39,117 nucleotides of DNA from an uncultured archaeon (GCA_964610875.1 CAZSWP010000034.1:1-39117), one strand, 5' to 3'; counted from the stretch's first letter, positions 17,902 to 28,623 are shown. The notes: a model not told the origin generated them from the letters alone. A program made the numbers and translations.

Positions 17902-18276
17902 ATGCAGTTCGAACAGTATGAACTCATGCTCTACTATGCCGCTCCTGGAATCTTTGCAGGAATTATTCTAGGGTACATTATTGGAGGTAGAGGTCGTTTT
18001 TCCGAAATGGATAGGATAGCCACTGGGGCGATACTTAGTCTAGTTGGAGGGTTTGTTGTTGCTTTCGTGATGTCATCTTACTTTCCAATGGATGAGGGTC
18101 TTGCACCTCTACTCTTTAGTATCGTCGGTTTCTTTGGAGGTTGTGCTTTTGGTCAACTTTTGAATTGGGTACCGTACGAAAAGAGAGAGGAAACAAAAAC
18201 ACACATCATATTTGAACCCGAGGATGAAGAAGAGTATGATAGAGAAATTGAAGAGGTATTTGAAGGGAAATATTGA
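17902..18276 (+). CDS. Hypothetical membrane protein with acidic C-terminal tail
   Basis: Three Gly-rich transmembrane segments and an E/D-rich tail. Confidence 0.7.
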   Translation: MQFEQYELMLYYAAPGIFAGIILGYIIGGRGRFSEMDRIATGAILSLVGGFVVAFVMSSYFPMDEGLAPLLFSIVGFFGGCAFGQLLNWVPYEKREETKTHIIFEPEDEEEYDREIEEVFEGKY

Positions 18277-18365
18277 GCTTCTTTTTCAAACCAATAACAG
18301 AACAAATTGACATAAAAGACCTAAATGCCATCATTCTGTAATCAGGTCTACTGGAGAGAGATTGG

Positions 18366-19589
18366 ATGAACAAAAACTCAGGGTATATTCTAGCAGCATT
18401 TCTTATAGCTGGTCTATTGTGTCTTTCAACATTCAGTACTATACATGCACAACTGCCTGGATGGAGTGGAGATGAACATCTCTCGTTCTTGGTAATTGTT
18501 AATGGAGTTTCAGCAGAGGACTCCAATACGGAAAATCCAATTCCCGTTAATTTGAGCGACCCTATTTCCTTACAACTTACTTTGAATGTTCAATCAGATA
18601 TGACTATCAATACTGGTAAGTTTTCTATGCAGTATTTAGGGATATCAATTTTCAATCAGCAGTTAGTTAACAGCACTCCAATTCCAGCACCATTTAATGA
18701 TACGATTATTGATACTGACTTGGATTTGAGCTCCTTGACCCAAGGATTAGGTATTGACTTGATATCAGGAACCATTAGAGGGGTATTCACGTTCAACTAT
18801 ACATTGGATGGTGAAACAGAGAGCGCAGTTGTTGAAGCAGATTTTGTGCTACGTATTGGACAACAAGGAGTCGCAGCTATCGTATCAATTAATGGACTAA
18901 TCACCCTAGGATTCAGCTTGATGGCGATCTTCAGCTTGTTATTAGCACTTGATGACTTTCAAAGTGGCATATTTGCAGCAAGAAAGGTCAGAAAAGCGAA
19001 GAGTGCAGATGAAGTGGGCATCTTTCCAAAACAAATCGTTCTCCGACGAAAGAAAAAGGAAGAAGCACAGCAAGTGAGCAAAGAGGAATTAATCAATAGA
19101 GTCAGTGATGTTGCAGGGAAGACTTGGGATGAGAAGAGATGTCCAAAATGTGGGAAGAAATGGAAGAAAGGAGTCCAGAATTGTTCCAAGTGTGATATCT
19201 CAAAACCTGCTGCGCTACAATTTTTCTCTAAGGATATTGCAGATTATGCACCAAAGGCTCTTGACGCGGTACCATATGGTTCAAAGGTCACAGTTAGCAA
19301 ATTCGCAAAAAGAGTGAAATTGCGACCTAACAAGGCAGGAGCGCTTGCAGCAGCTCTAACTGACATGGGAGTATTCCAAACTAAAAGTGTGAAAGTGCCA
19401 CTTGAAAAGGTTACATTTGCGGGTCTTACCCTTTCAGGAATGTATTGGAGCTGGATGCAACTAATATATGGAGCACTACCAGACCTAGTGACCGTTTTCT
19501 TGACAACTACTGCAGGTCTTGTTGTTTCTGTCATTGTTGGTTACTTCATGAAATGGCTTGCCCGAGTTCCAAAACTTGGTTATGACTAA
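18366..19589 (+). CDS. Hypothetical membrane protein (signal peptide, beta-rich extracellular domain, cytoplasmic zinc ribbon)
   Basis: 407-aa ORF with CPKCG...CSKC and several transmembrane helices. Confidence 0.75.
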   Translation: MNKNSGYILAAFLIAGLLCLSTFSTIHAQLPGWSGDEHLSFLVIVNGVSAEDSNTENPIPVNLSDPISLQLTLNVQSDMTINTGKFSMQYLGISIFNQQLVNSTPIPAPFNDTIIDTDLDLSSLTQGLGIDLISGTIRGVFTFNYTLDGETESAVVEADFVLRIGQQGVAAIVSINGLITLGFSLMAIFSLLLALDDFQSGIFAARKVRKAKSADEVGIFPKQIVLRRKKKEEAQQVSKEELINRVSDVAGKTWDEKRCPKCGKKWKKGVQNCSKCDISKPAALQFFSKDIADYAPKALDAVPYGSKVTVSKFAKRVKLRPNKAGALAAALTDMGVFQTKSVKVPLEKVTFAGLTLSGMYWSWMQLIYGALPDLVTVFLTTTAGLVVSVIVGYFMKWLARVPKLGYD

Positions 19590-19597
19590 GTTTGTAT

Positions 19598-19632
19598 CTG
19601 CGGCTTTTGGCCGCAGCTTCTCTCTTTTTCTT
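19598..19632 (+). terminator. Hairpin plus pyrimidine tract
   Basis: CTGCGGCT-TTT-GGCCGCAG followed by a C/T-rich run. Confidence 0.55.
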
Positions 19633-19713
19633 AGACACACATATCTTAATTAGAAATGTAGTCAGATTGTGTGTTGTTACAAGAAAGACTAGCTAACATT
19701 TGGTCTTGAAAAG

Positions 19714-20481
19714 GTGATATTGGGTTTGAACTCTTCATCAACACACGCAAAGAATTGGGAAAACGACGAAGTGATTGTGGATGTTCCATTTAGTATTGCA
19801 GGTGTTGCCACAACTATTATTATCACATCGCGATTCACGGGCAAGATTTTGCTTGTTGATGTTGGAGATGGCGCTGTACGCGATTTGCTTACAAAAGGTA
19901 ATCTAGAATTTGTGAATGAGATTGATCTAATTGCTATAACTCATGGACACTTTGATCATATGGGAGGACTATGGTCACTCCTAGGATTTATACGAATGAT
20001 TGGTAGAACAAGACCGCTAAACATTTTGATTCCTAACGGATGCATTGAGGTAGAGAACATAATCAAGGGATTCAAAGAGAGTTATTCCGAAACAATACCA
20101 TTTCAAATCTGCACATTCAAATTACAACACGGGTCAGGATTTGATACGGATTTCTTCAAGCTCAAATCAATGGGAGTAGAGCACTATGGAATGGAGAATC
20201 CGTCCGAGAAAGACATTCTCATGCCCGCTTTGGGTTTTCAAATAACCATTGGTCAGACCACAGTTTCTTATACAGGGGATAGTAGGATGTGCACGAGCTT
20301 GGAGATGCTGGTAGATAATGTAGACTTGGCAATCATAGAAGCAACATATGATACCCATCCCAACCCTGAACAGAAGGTACACCTCACAATGATGGAGGCA
20401 AAAGAGCTGGCTACAAAAGCAAAGAGTTCACTCATTGTACATCGAAAACCAGAGATTGCTAAGGATATACTCACTCGATGA
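19714..20481 (+). CDS. MBL-fold metallo-hydrolase (RNase Z-like)
   Basis: LVDVGDG, THGHFDHMGG, YTGDS, EATY and VHLT motifs. Confidence 0.85.
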   Translation: MILGLNSSSTHAKNWENDEVIVDVPFSIAGVATTIIITSRFTGKILLVDVGDGAVRDLLTKGNLEFVNEIDLIAITHGHFDHMGGLWSLLGFIRMIGRTRPLNILIPNGCIEVENIIKGFKESYSETIPFQICTFKLQHGSGFDTDFFKLKSMGVEHYGMENPSEKDILMPALGFQITIGQTTVSYTGDSRMCTSLEMLVDNVDLAIIEATYDTHPNPEQKVHLTMMEAKELATKAKSSLIVHRKPEIAKDILTR

Positions 20482-20494
20482 GAATAAGCTCGTT

Positions 20495-21523
20495 TTATAG
20501 AACTGCATTGGTCAACACAAATACCCCAACACCGAACACTGCAGATACAGGTACTGTCAAGACCCATGAATATATGATTTCTTTTACTTGTTTCATCTTT
20601 ACAGGGGTTTTAGAGACCCAACCAACACCAATTAGTGCTGCGACTAATACATGAGTACCACTTAGAGGAAATCCAAGATAGGTCCCAACGAACATGACAA
20701 CTGAAGTTGAGATACTGGCTGCAAGGGCAGAGATTGGTGATAGTGTTACTACTTCTGTTGCTAGGGTCTTTATTACCTTCCGGCCTACAACTATTAACCC
20801 TAATGCCATCCCAATTCCACATACTAATAGAGGTATGAACAAAGAGGGCAAAACAAACCCTAGAAATTCAAAAGTACCTTTGAACTCAGGGAGGGATACA
20901 AGTGGAGCCACAACATTTGCAACATCATTGCCTCCTCGACTTAGTGATGTGAAAATAAGAAATATTGCGAGCGCGTAAGCAGCAATCTGTTCTTGACGCT
21001 CCAGTCCTGAAAGACCTTTAGTTTTTGACTGCAATCTACGTATGAGAGAGAACAATATTCCAGCAAATATGAATCCTAACACCGTGGATAAAATCCACCC
21101 TGTAAATATCTCTGTCACAACAAACCAATCAATAGACCCAGCACCCCACTCTTCGAGACCGAAAATTGGAGCGGCAAGGGCGATACCAATTACAGAGCCA
21201 ACAATGCATTGTGTTGTACTGATGGGCAGTCCTTTAGAAACTGATGCTAGTAACAACCAGATTGTCATTGAAATGAGAATGGCAAACACCATTGCGGTTG
21301 TGAGTGACTGACCACTAATTAAATCTGAACCTACTTTCTCTGAAACACCTGAACCGAGTGTCGTTGCGCCAATAATAGTGACTACAGCTCCAATTAAAAC
21401 TGCAACATTCACAGTGAACACTCTAGCTCCAACTGCAGGACTCATGGCTTCATCATTTCCACCAATAGCAAATGCAACAATAAAGCCGATGACGAGAAGA
21501 GCACCTAACAGTAAGGAATCCAT
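20495..21523 (-). CDS. Inorganic phosphate transporter (PiT family)
   Basis: Two GGND motifs, PISTTQ and PLSGTH. Confidence 0.92.
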   Translation of the reverse strand: MDSLLLGALLVIGFIVAFAIGGNDEAMSPAVGARVFTVNVAVLIGAVVTIIGATTLGSGVSEKVGSDLISGQSLTTAMVFAILISMTIWLLLASVSKGLPISTTQCIVGSVIGIALAAPIFGLEEWGAGSIDWFVVTEIFTGWILSTVLGFIFAGILFSLIRRLQSKTKGLSGLERQEQIAAYALAIFLIFTSLSRGGNDVANVVAPLVSLPEFKGTFEFLGFVLPSLFIPLLVCGIGMALGLIVVGRKVIKTLATEVVTLSPISALAASISTSVVMFVGTYLGFPLSGTHVLVAALIGVGWVSKTPVKMKQVKEIIYSWVLTVPVSAVFGVGVFVLTNAVL

Positions 21524-21540
21524 TGAAGCTCACTCTCCGG

Positions 21541-22218
21541 TTAGGAGTATTTCACAGCAAGCTCACGAATAAAATCAGCAGTTAGTTCAGCACGAATAGC
21601 AACCTGCAATATACGTTCGGATATGGTCTTGTACATTACAATCTCATTGGGTTTGTAGTCATCCTTTCTGAAGAGCTTTCCTAGTAATTCGAATTGGATA
21701 TCACGTGCTTCTTCTCGAACTTTATCTAGCTCTCTGGTTTTCTTCACGGATTTTTTAAAATCTTTAAAGAGATATTTTACTGCATCCTGCAGTAGATCAG
21801 TGCATATCCAGCATTTCTCAGCAATTTTAGCAATTTCCTTTGGAGGGTGCATCCCTTTTCCAAGTGCTATGACTCTGATTGCGTCTTCACATGCATCGAT
21901 TATTTCGTCCAAATTGTTCACAAGTAGATGTCGTTCTTGGGTGTGTTGAGGCAAATATGCATGTTTAGTTAGAATATTCTCAACCAAATCCTCCTTTACT
22001 TGGTCGATATTTCGTTCAATCTCAATTATTTCTTCACGAATTTCAAAAATGATATCATAGTATCCATCGACCCATCTTTCTGCAGCTACACGTAGCTTTG
22101 CACTTGCTGACTGAATACCCTTTGTGATTTCTATGAGAAGCTTGTCAGCTCGTTCCTGAAGTTTCTTATCACCAGATCCAAATATCTTTGAGAATGTGCC
22201 CATATTATCAAGCACCAC
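21541..22218 (-). CDS. DUF47/PhoU-like phosphate transport regulator
   Basis: All-helical, acidic IERNID and LDEIIDACED motifs; adjacent to PiT. Confidence 0.88.
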   Translation of the reverse strand: MVLDNMGTFSKIFGSGDKKLQERADKLLIEITKGIQSASAKLRVAAERWVDGYYDIIFEIREEIIEIERNIDQVKEDLVENILTKHAYLPQHTQERHLLVNNLDEIIDACEDAIRVIALGKGMHPPKEIAKIAEKCWICTDLLQDAVKYLFKDFKKSVKKTRELDKVREEARDIQFELLGKLFRKDDYKPNEIVMYKTISERILQVAIRAELTADFIRELAVKYS

Positions 22219-22265
22219 CTAACCGTATACATTATTTGTGTTAAATGAATCGAATGTGACGTTTG

Positions 22266-24038
22266 TCACCCAAGCACAGCTCTAATACGCATCAGTCCAG
22301 CACCGATATTCTCTTGTTTCTTAATGCGGAATTTGCCAAGTTTTCCCGTACTCGTGACATGAGGACCACCGCATAACTCCATACTGAAACCACCCACTGA
22401 ATATACAGAGACCGTATCACCATAATTCTCTTTGAAGAATGCAAGGGCTCCAGCCTTGATTGCTTCATCATACGGCATGACTTCTCGTGTGACTTCAATA
22501 TCTTTCTGAATGACTTCATTGACCATATCTTCCACTTGCTGAATCTCTTCAGGTGTCAACTTTCTTGGGAAGGTGAAATCAAAACGTAGTCTTTCTTTAG
22601 TTATATTACTGCCACTCTGTTGTACTTGACCACCAAGAACCTTACGGAGTGCAGCCTGTAACAGATGCGTAGCTGTGTGGAGTTTCATAATCACTTCACT
22701 ATGGTCAGCTAATCCTCCTTTGAACTTACCTTGTGATGCAGTTCGCGAGATGTCTCTGTGCTCTTCAAACTGTTTACGAAACTCATCCATATTGATTTTG
22801 AGGCCGTGCTCCTCAGCAATCTCTCGGGTTATCTCTATTGGTAATCCAAAACTTGTGAAGAGTACAAAAGCATCTTCACCAGTGATGGTGCCAGTCTCAT
22901 CAAGAATCTTACGAAGTTTTCTCAATGCCTTCTTTAATGTTCGCCGGAATCGTTTTGCTTCCTTCTGAAGATTGTCAATTATGAAATCATGATTGCGTTC
23001 TACTTCATTGTAGACATCTTTGTAGATTTCAATGACAATCTCAGCAAGGTCAGAAAGAAAGCCGGAGGGGATTTCTAGATTATCTCCACTCACAATGGCT
23101 TTCCTGATGAGTCTACGGACTATGTAACCTTGTTCGACATTGGATGGCGCTATCTTTGAGTCATCTGCCATGATCATAACGGCCGCCTTGACATGGTCAG
23201 AAACCGTCCTCAACAATTTTAGTTGATATTCATCTGGTTCGTCGATATTAGCCCACTTTTTCAACTTTTCAACGAGTGGTACGAACAGGTCTGTATCGAA
23301 CACAGTAGGAACACCCTGAAGCATAGCAGCGGTCCGCTCAACACCCATACCTGTGTCTATGTTCCGACGTTCAAGTTTGGAATAAGTGCCATCCTCGTTT
23401 TTGTTATATTCCATAAAGACATCATTCCATACCTCCACAAAATGACCGCAGTCACACCCAGGTTGGCAATCGAGACCACATCTAGGAATCTCATCTACTT
23501 CTATGAACATCTCTGTATCGGGACCACAAGGGCCAGTTGTTCCAGCTGGGCCCCACCAGTTTTCTTCCTTTCCAAGGTAGAAGATGCGCTCCTCAGGAAT
23601 GCCGAGAGATTTCCAGATTTCTACAGATTCCTCATCACGCGAGGCATCTTCATCTCCTTCGAATACTGAAACGTATAACTTCTGAGGGTCGAATCCAAGC
23701 CATTTCTTGGATGTTAGGAATTCATAACTCCAAGTGATAGCTTCTTTTTTCCAGTAATCACCAAAACTCCAATTCCCCAACATCTCAAAGAATGTGAGAT
23801 GGGTAGTATCACCAACCTCGTCTATGTCAGTGGTACGAATGCATTTCTGTACACTGGCGATTCTGGTTCCTGCAGGATGAGGTTGACCTAGAAGGTAGGG
23901 AACAAGAGGGTGCATTCCAGCGGTGGTGAAGAGTACTGTGGGATCATGTTCAGGTAATAGAGAGGACGATGGGAGAATGGCATGCCCTTTCTCCTTGAAG
24001 AACTTCAAGTACTTTTTTCGTAATTCGCTTGCTAACAT
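22266..24038 (-). CDS. alaS: Alanine--tRNA ligase (short form lacking the C-Ala domain)
   Basis: LFTTAGMHPL, QKCIRT, HLTFFEMLGNWSFGDY and IDTGMGVER; editing-domain HTATH and ELCGGPHV. Confidence 0.97.
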   Translation of the reverse strand: MLASELRKKYLKFFKEKGHAILPSSSLLPEHDPTVLFTTAGMHPLVPYLLGQPHPAGTRIASVQKCIRTTDIDEVGDTTHLTFFEMLGNWSFGDYWKKEAITWSYEFLTSKKWLGFDPQKLYVSVFEGDEDASRDEESVEIWKSLGIPEERIFYLGKEENWWGPAGTTGPCGPDTEMFIEVDEIPRCGLDCQPGCDCGHFVEVWNDVFMEYNKNEDGTYSKLERRNIDTGMGVERTAAMLQGVPTVFDTDLFVPLVEKLKKWANIDEPDEYQLKLLRTVSDHVKAAVMIMADDSKIAPSNVEQGYIVRRLIRKAIVSGDNLEIPSGFLSDLAEIVIEIYKDVYNEVERNHDFIIDNLQKEAKRFRRTLKKALRKLRKILDETGTITGEDAFVLFTSFGLPIEITREIAEEHGLKINMDEFRKQFEEHRDISRTASQGKFKGGLADHSEVIMKLHTATHLLQAALRKVLGGQVQQSGSNITKERLRFDFTFPRKLTPEEIQQVEDMVNEVIQKDIEVTREVMPYDEAIKAGALAFFKENYGDTVSVYSVGGFSMELCGGPHVTSTGKLGKFRIKKQENIGAGLMRIRAVLG

Positions 24039-24114
24039 AATAATCACCGCTAGATCGTATCTTTCGCGTTCCCACTTCATGAGTCATTAAAACACTTTGG
24101 ATAGATTGAAACTT

Positions 24115-24606
24115 CTAATCCAAGATAAGCCCTGAGGGAGTCAATCGATATCTTCTGAGTCGAGTGGGTACCCATGGATAACTGTCAAGCCAGTCTAGGA
24201 ACCTGTCATTAGACACTATATCAGCACCTAAACGTTTGGCAGTTTGCAGAATGACCAAATCATCATTCTTGCCACTAGGTGATTCTATGACTTTACCACG
24301 GATGGCTAAATCCTGTAGGACTGTGGGTCTATCGATTCTGTATTTCAAGGCTGCAGATACTACGAATATGGGTCTATAGCCAGCAGATACGAGACTATGA
24401 TAGGCATTCATCAGATTTGCAGCGCGTGGTTTTCCTTGAGGAACCAGGTGAAAAGCCACATTATTCCCATCAACTACTAACTTTCTTATCCTCTGTAGAA
24501 CCTTTTTCTCGCCTCTTTTTCGCTCCTTGCAACGGAGAATATGATCATCAAGCCTGTCTCTAATAAAGAGTCTATCACAGTACGGGCATCTAGCACGTTT
24601 TGGCAT
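24115..24606 (-). CDS. NYN/PIN (Zc3h12a-like) ribonuclease with N-terminal C2HC zinc finger
   Basis: CPYC...H...C, VVDGNNVA, NDDLVIL and IVSNDRFLD motifs. Confidence 0.85.
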   Translation of the reverse strand: MPKRARCPYCDRLFIRDRLDDHILRCKERKRGEKKVLQRIRKLVVDGNNVAFHLVPQGKPRAANLMNAYHSLVSAGYRPIFVVSAALKYRIDRPTVLQDLAIRGKVIESPSGKNDDLVILQTAKRLGADIVSNDRFLDWLDSYPWVPTRLRRYRLTPSGLILD

Positions 24607-24745
24607 AAGTGATCATCATTTTGAAGGAAATGTCCCCTTTTTCATGGTTTCCGTTCTTAATGCGCAAAAGGTTCCCTTTTGATAAAATTCAAAAGAGAAT
24701 GCAACTATTATTAATATAGAATAGAATATGTTATATCTAATTCAA

Positions 24746-24805
24746 GGCGTCCAGTTTCTCTGATGCTCGTCCTCCCGGCGGCATTTATTCGAGGACAAGG
24801 ACGCC
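24746..24805 (+). ncRNA. Candidate structured RNA (stem-enclosed pseudoknot)
   Basis: GC-rich island in an AT-rich spacer: GGCGTCC/GGACGCC, GTCCTC/GAGGAC and crossing GATGCT/GGCATT. Confidence 0.4.
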
Positions 24806-24820
24806 ACTCCTATTTCTATG

Positions 24821-26101
24821 TCATATTATCATTCCAACAAGAACAAACCATCCAGTACCGATTGCTAGCATTATAAGCCCCATCGTTGTTGCTACTCGCA
24901 TAAACTGTTTGAAGCTGATTGGATTATGTGCTCTCTCAGATAGCGCTAATGCCAGAATTGTAGCCGGAGACCCAATGGGGAGAATGAATCCTCCAATATT
25001 AACTGCAAAAATCAGAACTAACGGGATTATTGGGCTCAATGATGCAAATTGTAATGCAATGGGAGCAAGTACTGCTGAAACAGGAATGTTATCAATCACT
25101 GCAGAAAGTAAGGCCGGAATCCATGTCATGAAGATAATAGCAAAGAGAAGATTATCACCTAATATTTCACCAACAACAACACCAAGTTCATGGATAACAC
25201 CAGTTATTTCCAAAGCAGCTACTAGTCCAAAGAGTCCTACCAGAAAGAATACAGTACCCCAGTTTACCCTCATTAGAATTTCATCAACCCATTCTTTAGT
25301 AGTGAGGAGTAAGACAGATGCGACGATGATAGCAATCATAGATGGTTCGAATTGAGCAGTTTGTCCAAGTGTAAAGCCAAGTACTAAAATAATCATGGCA
25401 ATTATGGATAGATAAAACTCCTTTCTTGATTTTATCATATATGTAGGGTCCAAGAAAAGCATCTGATTCACAACTTCTTCTGACCCTTGTTCAAGCATGT
25501 CTTCAAAGAAATAAAGAAATAATGGAATTGAAAAAATAAACAGAATCACAGCAAGTGGCATGAGCACGATAAACATGAAACCCGGATCAACCGATGCACG
25601 TTCTGCAATAACCAAGTTTGGTACTGCACCAACCACTGAAGGAATTGATGCGAAGTTGGTTACCATCGATTCTGCAATAAGAAATGGGCGAAAGTCAATC
25701 TCAATTGCTTTGCACAATTCAATTGTCAGTGGCCCCATAATAAGCATGGTTGACGCAGTATCGAAGAAGAATGAAATCACAAAGACAAATGTCAAGAATG
25801 TAATAAACAATCGTTTCGTATCACAACGTGTAGGTCCAACCATTTTAAGTGCAAGATATTGAAACATACCTGATGCAGAAGCAATCGTAACAATAATCAT
25901 CATTGAAGTGACGAAGAGAATGGTTCCCCAATCAACAGTACTAGCAATCAGTGTGAATGTCCCGGCTCCAGCAGCCCATAGTATAATTCCAACAATGCCC
26001 ATTCCAAGCAGGGACATTGCAGTTCTGTTTACTTTCTCTGTGGATATTGCTATATATGTGCCAATGAATACAAGGAGAACCATTCCTGCAACTATATCCA
26101 T
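24821..26101 (-). CDS. ArsB/NhaD/SLC13-type permease, paralog 2
   Basis: EKVNRT, SGMFQY, VGAVPNL, SAVIDNIP and PIGSPA motifs. Confidence 0.9.
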   Translation of the reverse strand: MDIVAGMVLLVFIGTYIAISTEKVNRTAMSLLGMGIVGIILWAAGAGTFTLIASTVDWGTILFVTSMMIIVTIASASGMFQYLALKMVGPTRCDTKRLFITFLTFVFVISFFFDTASTMLIMGPLTIELCKAIEIDFRPFLIAESMVTNFASIPSVVGAVPNLVIAERASVDPGFMFIVLMPLAVILFIFSIPLFLYFFEDMLEQGSEEVVNQMLFLDPTYMIKSRKEFYLSIIAMIILVLGFTLGQTAQFEPSMIAIIVASVLLLTTKEWVDEILMRVNWGTVFFLVGLFGLVAALEITGVIHELGVVVGEILGDNLLFAIIFMTWIPALLSAVIDNIPVSAVLAPIALQFASLSPIIPLVLIFAVNIGGFILPIGSPATILALALSERAHNPISFKQFMRVATTMGLIMLAIGTGWFVLVGMII

Positions 26102-26176
26102 AGATTTGTCACACCATCACTGCTACTTGTTGTGTAATGTAAAACATCCCATTAATAATAGCTGTTACTACTAGAA

Positions 26177-27487
26177 CTAAGTAGCGCCCATGAACCACCC
26201 TATCATTAATAGCCAACCAGTGCCAATTGCAAGATGAATTAATCCAAGTATAGTCCCAATCTTGGCAAACTCAACGAATGGAATGGGATTGTGTTCTTTC
26301 TCGGAATATCCAATTGCTATCATATTGGCTGGTGAACCAAGAGGTGTGAAGATGTAACCACCCACATTTACTGCAAAGACCAATGCAAGTGGAAGTACTG
26401 GGCTTATATATGCAAACTGAGTAGCAATTGGAGCAAGAACTAGAGAAACTGGAAGATTATCTAGAAAGGCAGATAGAACAGCTGGTACCCACACCATGAA
26501 TACCGTGGCTAGGACTGCATCATCACCAATGATGACTCCAATTGCAGCAGCGAGTTCATCAATCAATCCAGTGATGACAAGAGCTCCAACAAGACCGAAG
26601 AGCCCGACTAGGAAAAATATTGTATCCCAACCAACCTCACCTAAGAACTCAGCAGATCTATCGTGTGAGAGAATAAGCATGAAAGCAGCAACACAGAGTG
26701 CAATCAAAGGAGGGGCAATTCCTAAGGAAGGCGATAGAACAAATCCGATTACTAAAATTACTATAGCCACAAGTGAAGCATAGAAGTCTCTCCTTGATTT
26801 GACCATGTGTACAGGATCAATATCAAAGACCGCCTCAACTCTATAAGCATCCGTTGTGCCAAACGATTTTTCGTAGTATTTTAGATAGATTGGTAAAGTT
26901 ACTAGAAAGAGGATGATTGATAGTGGCAAGAATACTATGAATAAAAGACCGGCATCAAGCTGCGTTTGTTGTGCAATTACGAGATTTGGCACTGCACCAA
27001 CTATAGAGGGGATTGATGATGTATTGCAGGTGATGGATTCAGCTACAAGATACAGTTTGAAATCAATTTCCAGAGCATTACACACCTCAATAGTCAATGG
27101 AGCCATTATCAGCATTGTTGACACAGTATCAAAGAACAAAGAAATACAGAACACGAATACTAGGAAGGTGATGAAGAGATTTCTATGATCACCACCACTA
27201 GGTCTTACAAGCCTCAGTGCAATATACTGAAACATCCCACTTGCTCCAGCAACAGCCACAATAATGAACATGCTAGTGACAAAGAGAATGGTGTCCCATT
27301 CGATATGATGAATAAACTCTATGAAATTCACACCATCAGGATGGCCTACAGATTGTCCTATGAATAATACAATACCAACAAGCCCCATTCCCAGAAGAGC
27401 CATCCCAGTTCGGTTCACTTTTTCAGTACTTATTATTACATAAGTAGCAATAAAGACAATGAGTACTGCGAGGCCAAGCTGATCCAT
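26177..27487 (-). CDS. ArsB/NhaD/SLC13-type permease, paralog 1
   Basis: EKVNRT, SGMFQY, VGAVPNL, SAFLDNLP and TPLGSPAN motifs. Confidence 0.9.
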   Translation of the reverse strand: MDQLGLAVLIVFIATYVIISTEKVNRTGMALLGMGLVGIVLFIGQSVGHPDGVNFIEFIHHIEWDTILFVTSMFIIVAVAGASGMFQYIALRLVRPSGGDHRNLFITFLVFVFCISLFFDTVSTMLIMAPLTIEVCNALEIDFKLYLVAESITCNTSSIPSIVGAVPNLVIAQQTQLDAGLLFIVFLPLSIILFLVTLPIYLKYYEKSFGTTDAYRVEAVFDIDPVHMVKSRRDFYASLVAIVILVIGFVLSPSLGIAPPLIALCVAAFMLILSHDRSAEFLGEVGWDTIFFLVGLFGLVGALVITGLIDELAAAIGVIIGDDAVLATVFMVWVPAVLSAFLDNLPVSLVLAPIATQFAYISPVLPLALVFAVNVGGYIFTPLGSPANMIAIGYSEKEHNPIPFVEFAKIGTILGLIHLAIGTGWLLMIGWFMGAT

Positions 27488-27587
27488 TTCTTATTTCACA
27501 CTCAGTGCATTGTGGGAAATATTGGGTGAATACTATTTTGTCATAGAATGCTGATGGACTCATTAATCTGTCGCATGGAGAGGACTA

Positions 27588-28487
27588 TCAAAAGATGTAC
27601 GGCAAATCTGCGCAGATGTCACCTTCAACAAAGTGTTCTACACGCACCTCATTTTCAATCAACTCGATCACTGCTACAGCATCATGGACAAGGTCTGTAA
27701 AATCACTATTCTCCGGACGTCCGTATCCAATTGGCACAGTCATTGCTGTAAGACGACCTTTGTTGATTTTACGTCGAATATGACTGTGACCAGATATGGT
27801 CAAAGCAGATCTATCGTCTGCTAGAATAATCTCACCTGTGCTCTCAGCACCCATATATGCGGAGAAAAAATCCCATGGCAGATAATTCCTGTAAAGCGTG
27901 AGTTCTTTAAAGGGGAGATGATGTGACACATAGATAACGGAATCGACATCATCAGGCAGGGTTTCAAGATCATATTTTAGCTTGCTATTGAAGAGTTCTA
28001 CAGCCTCCTCATCGCTAAAGGACCAGTCAATGTTATAGAAATCACGCCAGACCGCAGAGCGATATTGCTTTGCTTCATATTCCTCTCTTGTGATAGGTAA
28101 ATCCAGTCTTCTAAACGAGTAATCATACCAACCAATACTACCCACAAAAGCGATTCCATCTTTAGTATAAGGATTATCAGGAAGATAAGTAAAGCCAATA
28201 TCATTACACACATCTCTGATTAGTTTAGAATACTTGTCAAGAGAGCTGAACCCTTTTTCATGTTCAAACCAGATATCATGATTCCCAGCTACATAGAGAT
28301 TCTTTACGCCATCTACCTTTAGAAGTGCAAGGTTTCCTGATAGTAATTCCAGTTTTTCACTCACATCACCCGCTATCACAAAGATATCAGGAGCTATTTC
28401 TTCAACGCGTTCTCTAATACCCTCAAGTAGAGCTTTATCGCTGCCATCATCTCTTGCATGTATATCTGAAACTGCAGCGATCTTCAT
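27588..28487 (-). CDS. Calcineurin-like metallophosphoesterase
   Basis: SDIH, AGDV, GNHD, SHHLP and GHSH motifs; start taken at MKIAAV. Confidence 0.92.
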   Translation of the reverse strand: MKIAAVSDIHARDDGSDKALLEGIRERVEEIAPDIFVIAGDVSEKLELLSGNLALLKVDGVKNLYVAGNHDIWFEHEKGFSSLDKYSKLIRDVCNDIGFTYLPDNPYTKDGIAFVGSIGWYDYSFRRLDLPITREEYEAKQYRSAVWRDFYNIDWSFSDEEAVELFNSKLKYDLETLPDDVDSVIYVSHHLPFKELTLYRNYLPWDFFSAYMGAESTGEIILADDRSALTISGHSHIRRKINKGRLTAMTVPIGYGRPENSDFTDLVHDAVAVIELIENEVRVEHFVEGDICADLPYIF

Positions 28488-28623
28488 TATATCTCCCTTC
28501 TTGGTACCCGATTTCTTACTTAGTTCGGATATAATGAGTTTGGTCACATGATGAGTTTTGCTCTACCACATCTTTGATATGGTGGAGAAAAGTTGAATCA
28601 TTAAGAATGAGTGGTGAGTCTGA

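Noticed and set aside
28561-28587. Inverted repeat CTCTACCA...TGGTGGAG in a divergent intergenic region
   Set aside because: It is a single short imperfect hairpin with no link to the element family and no assignable function.
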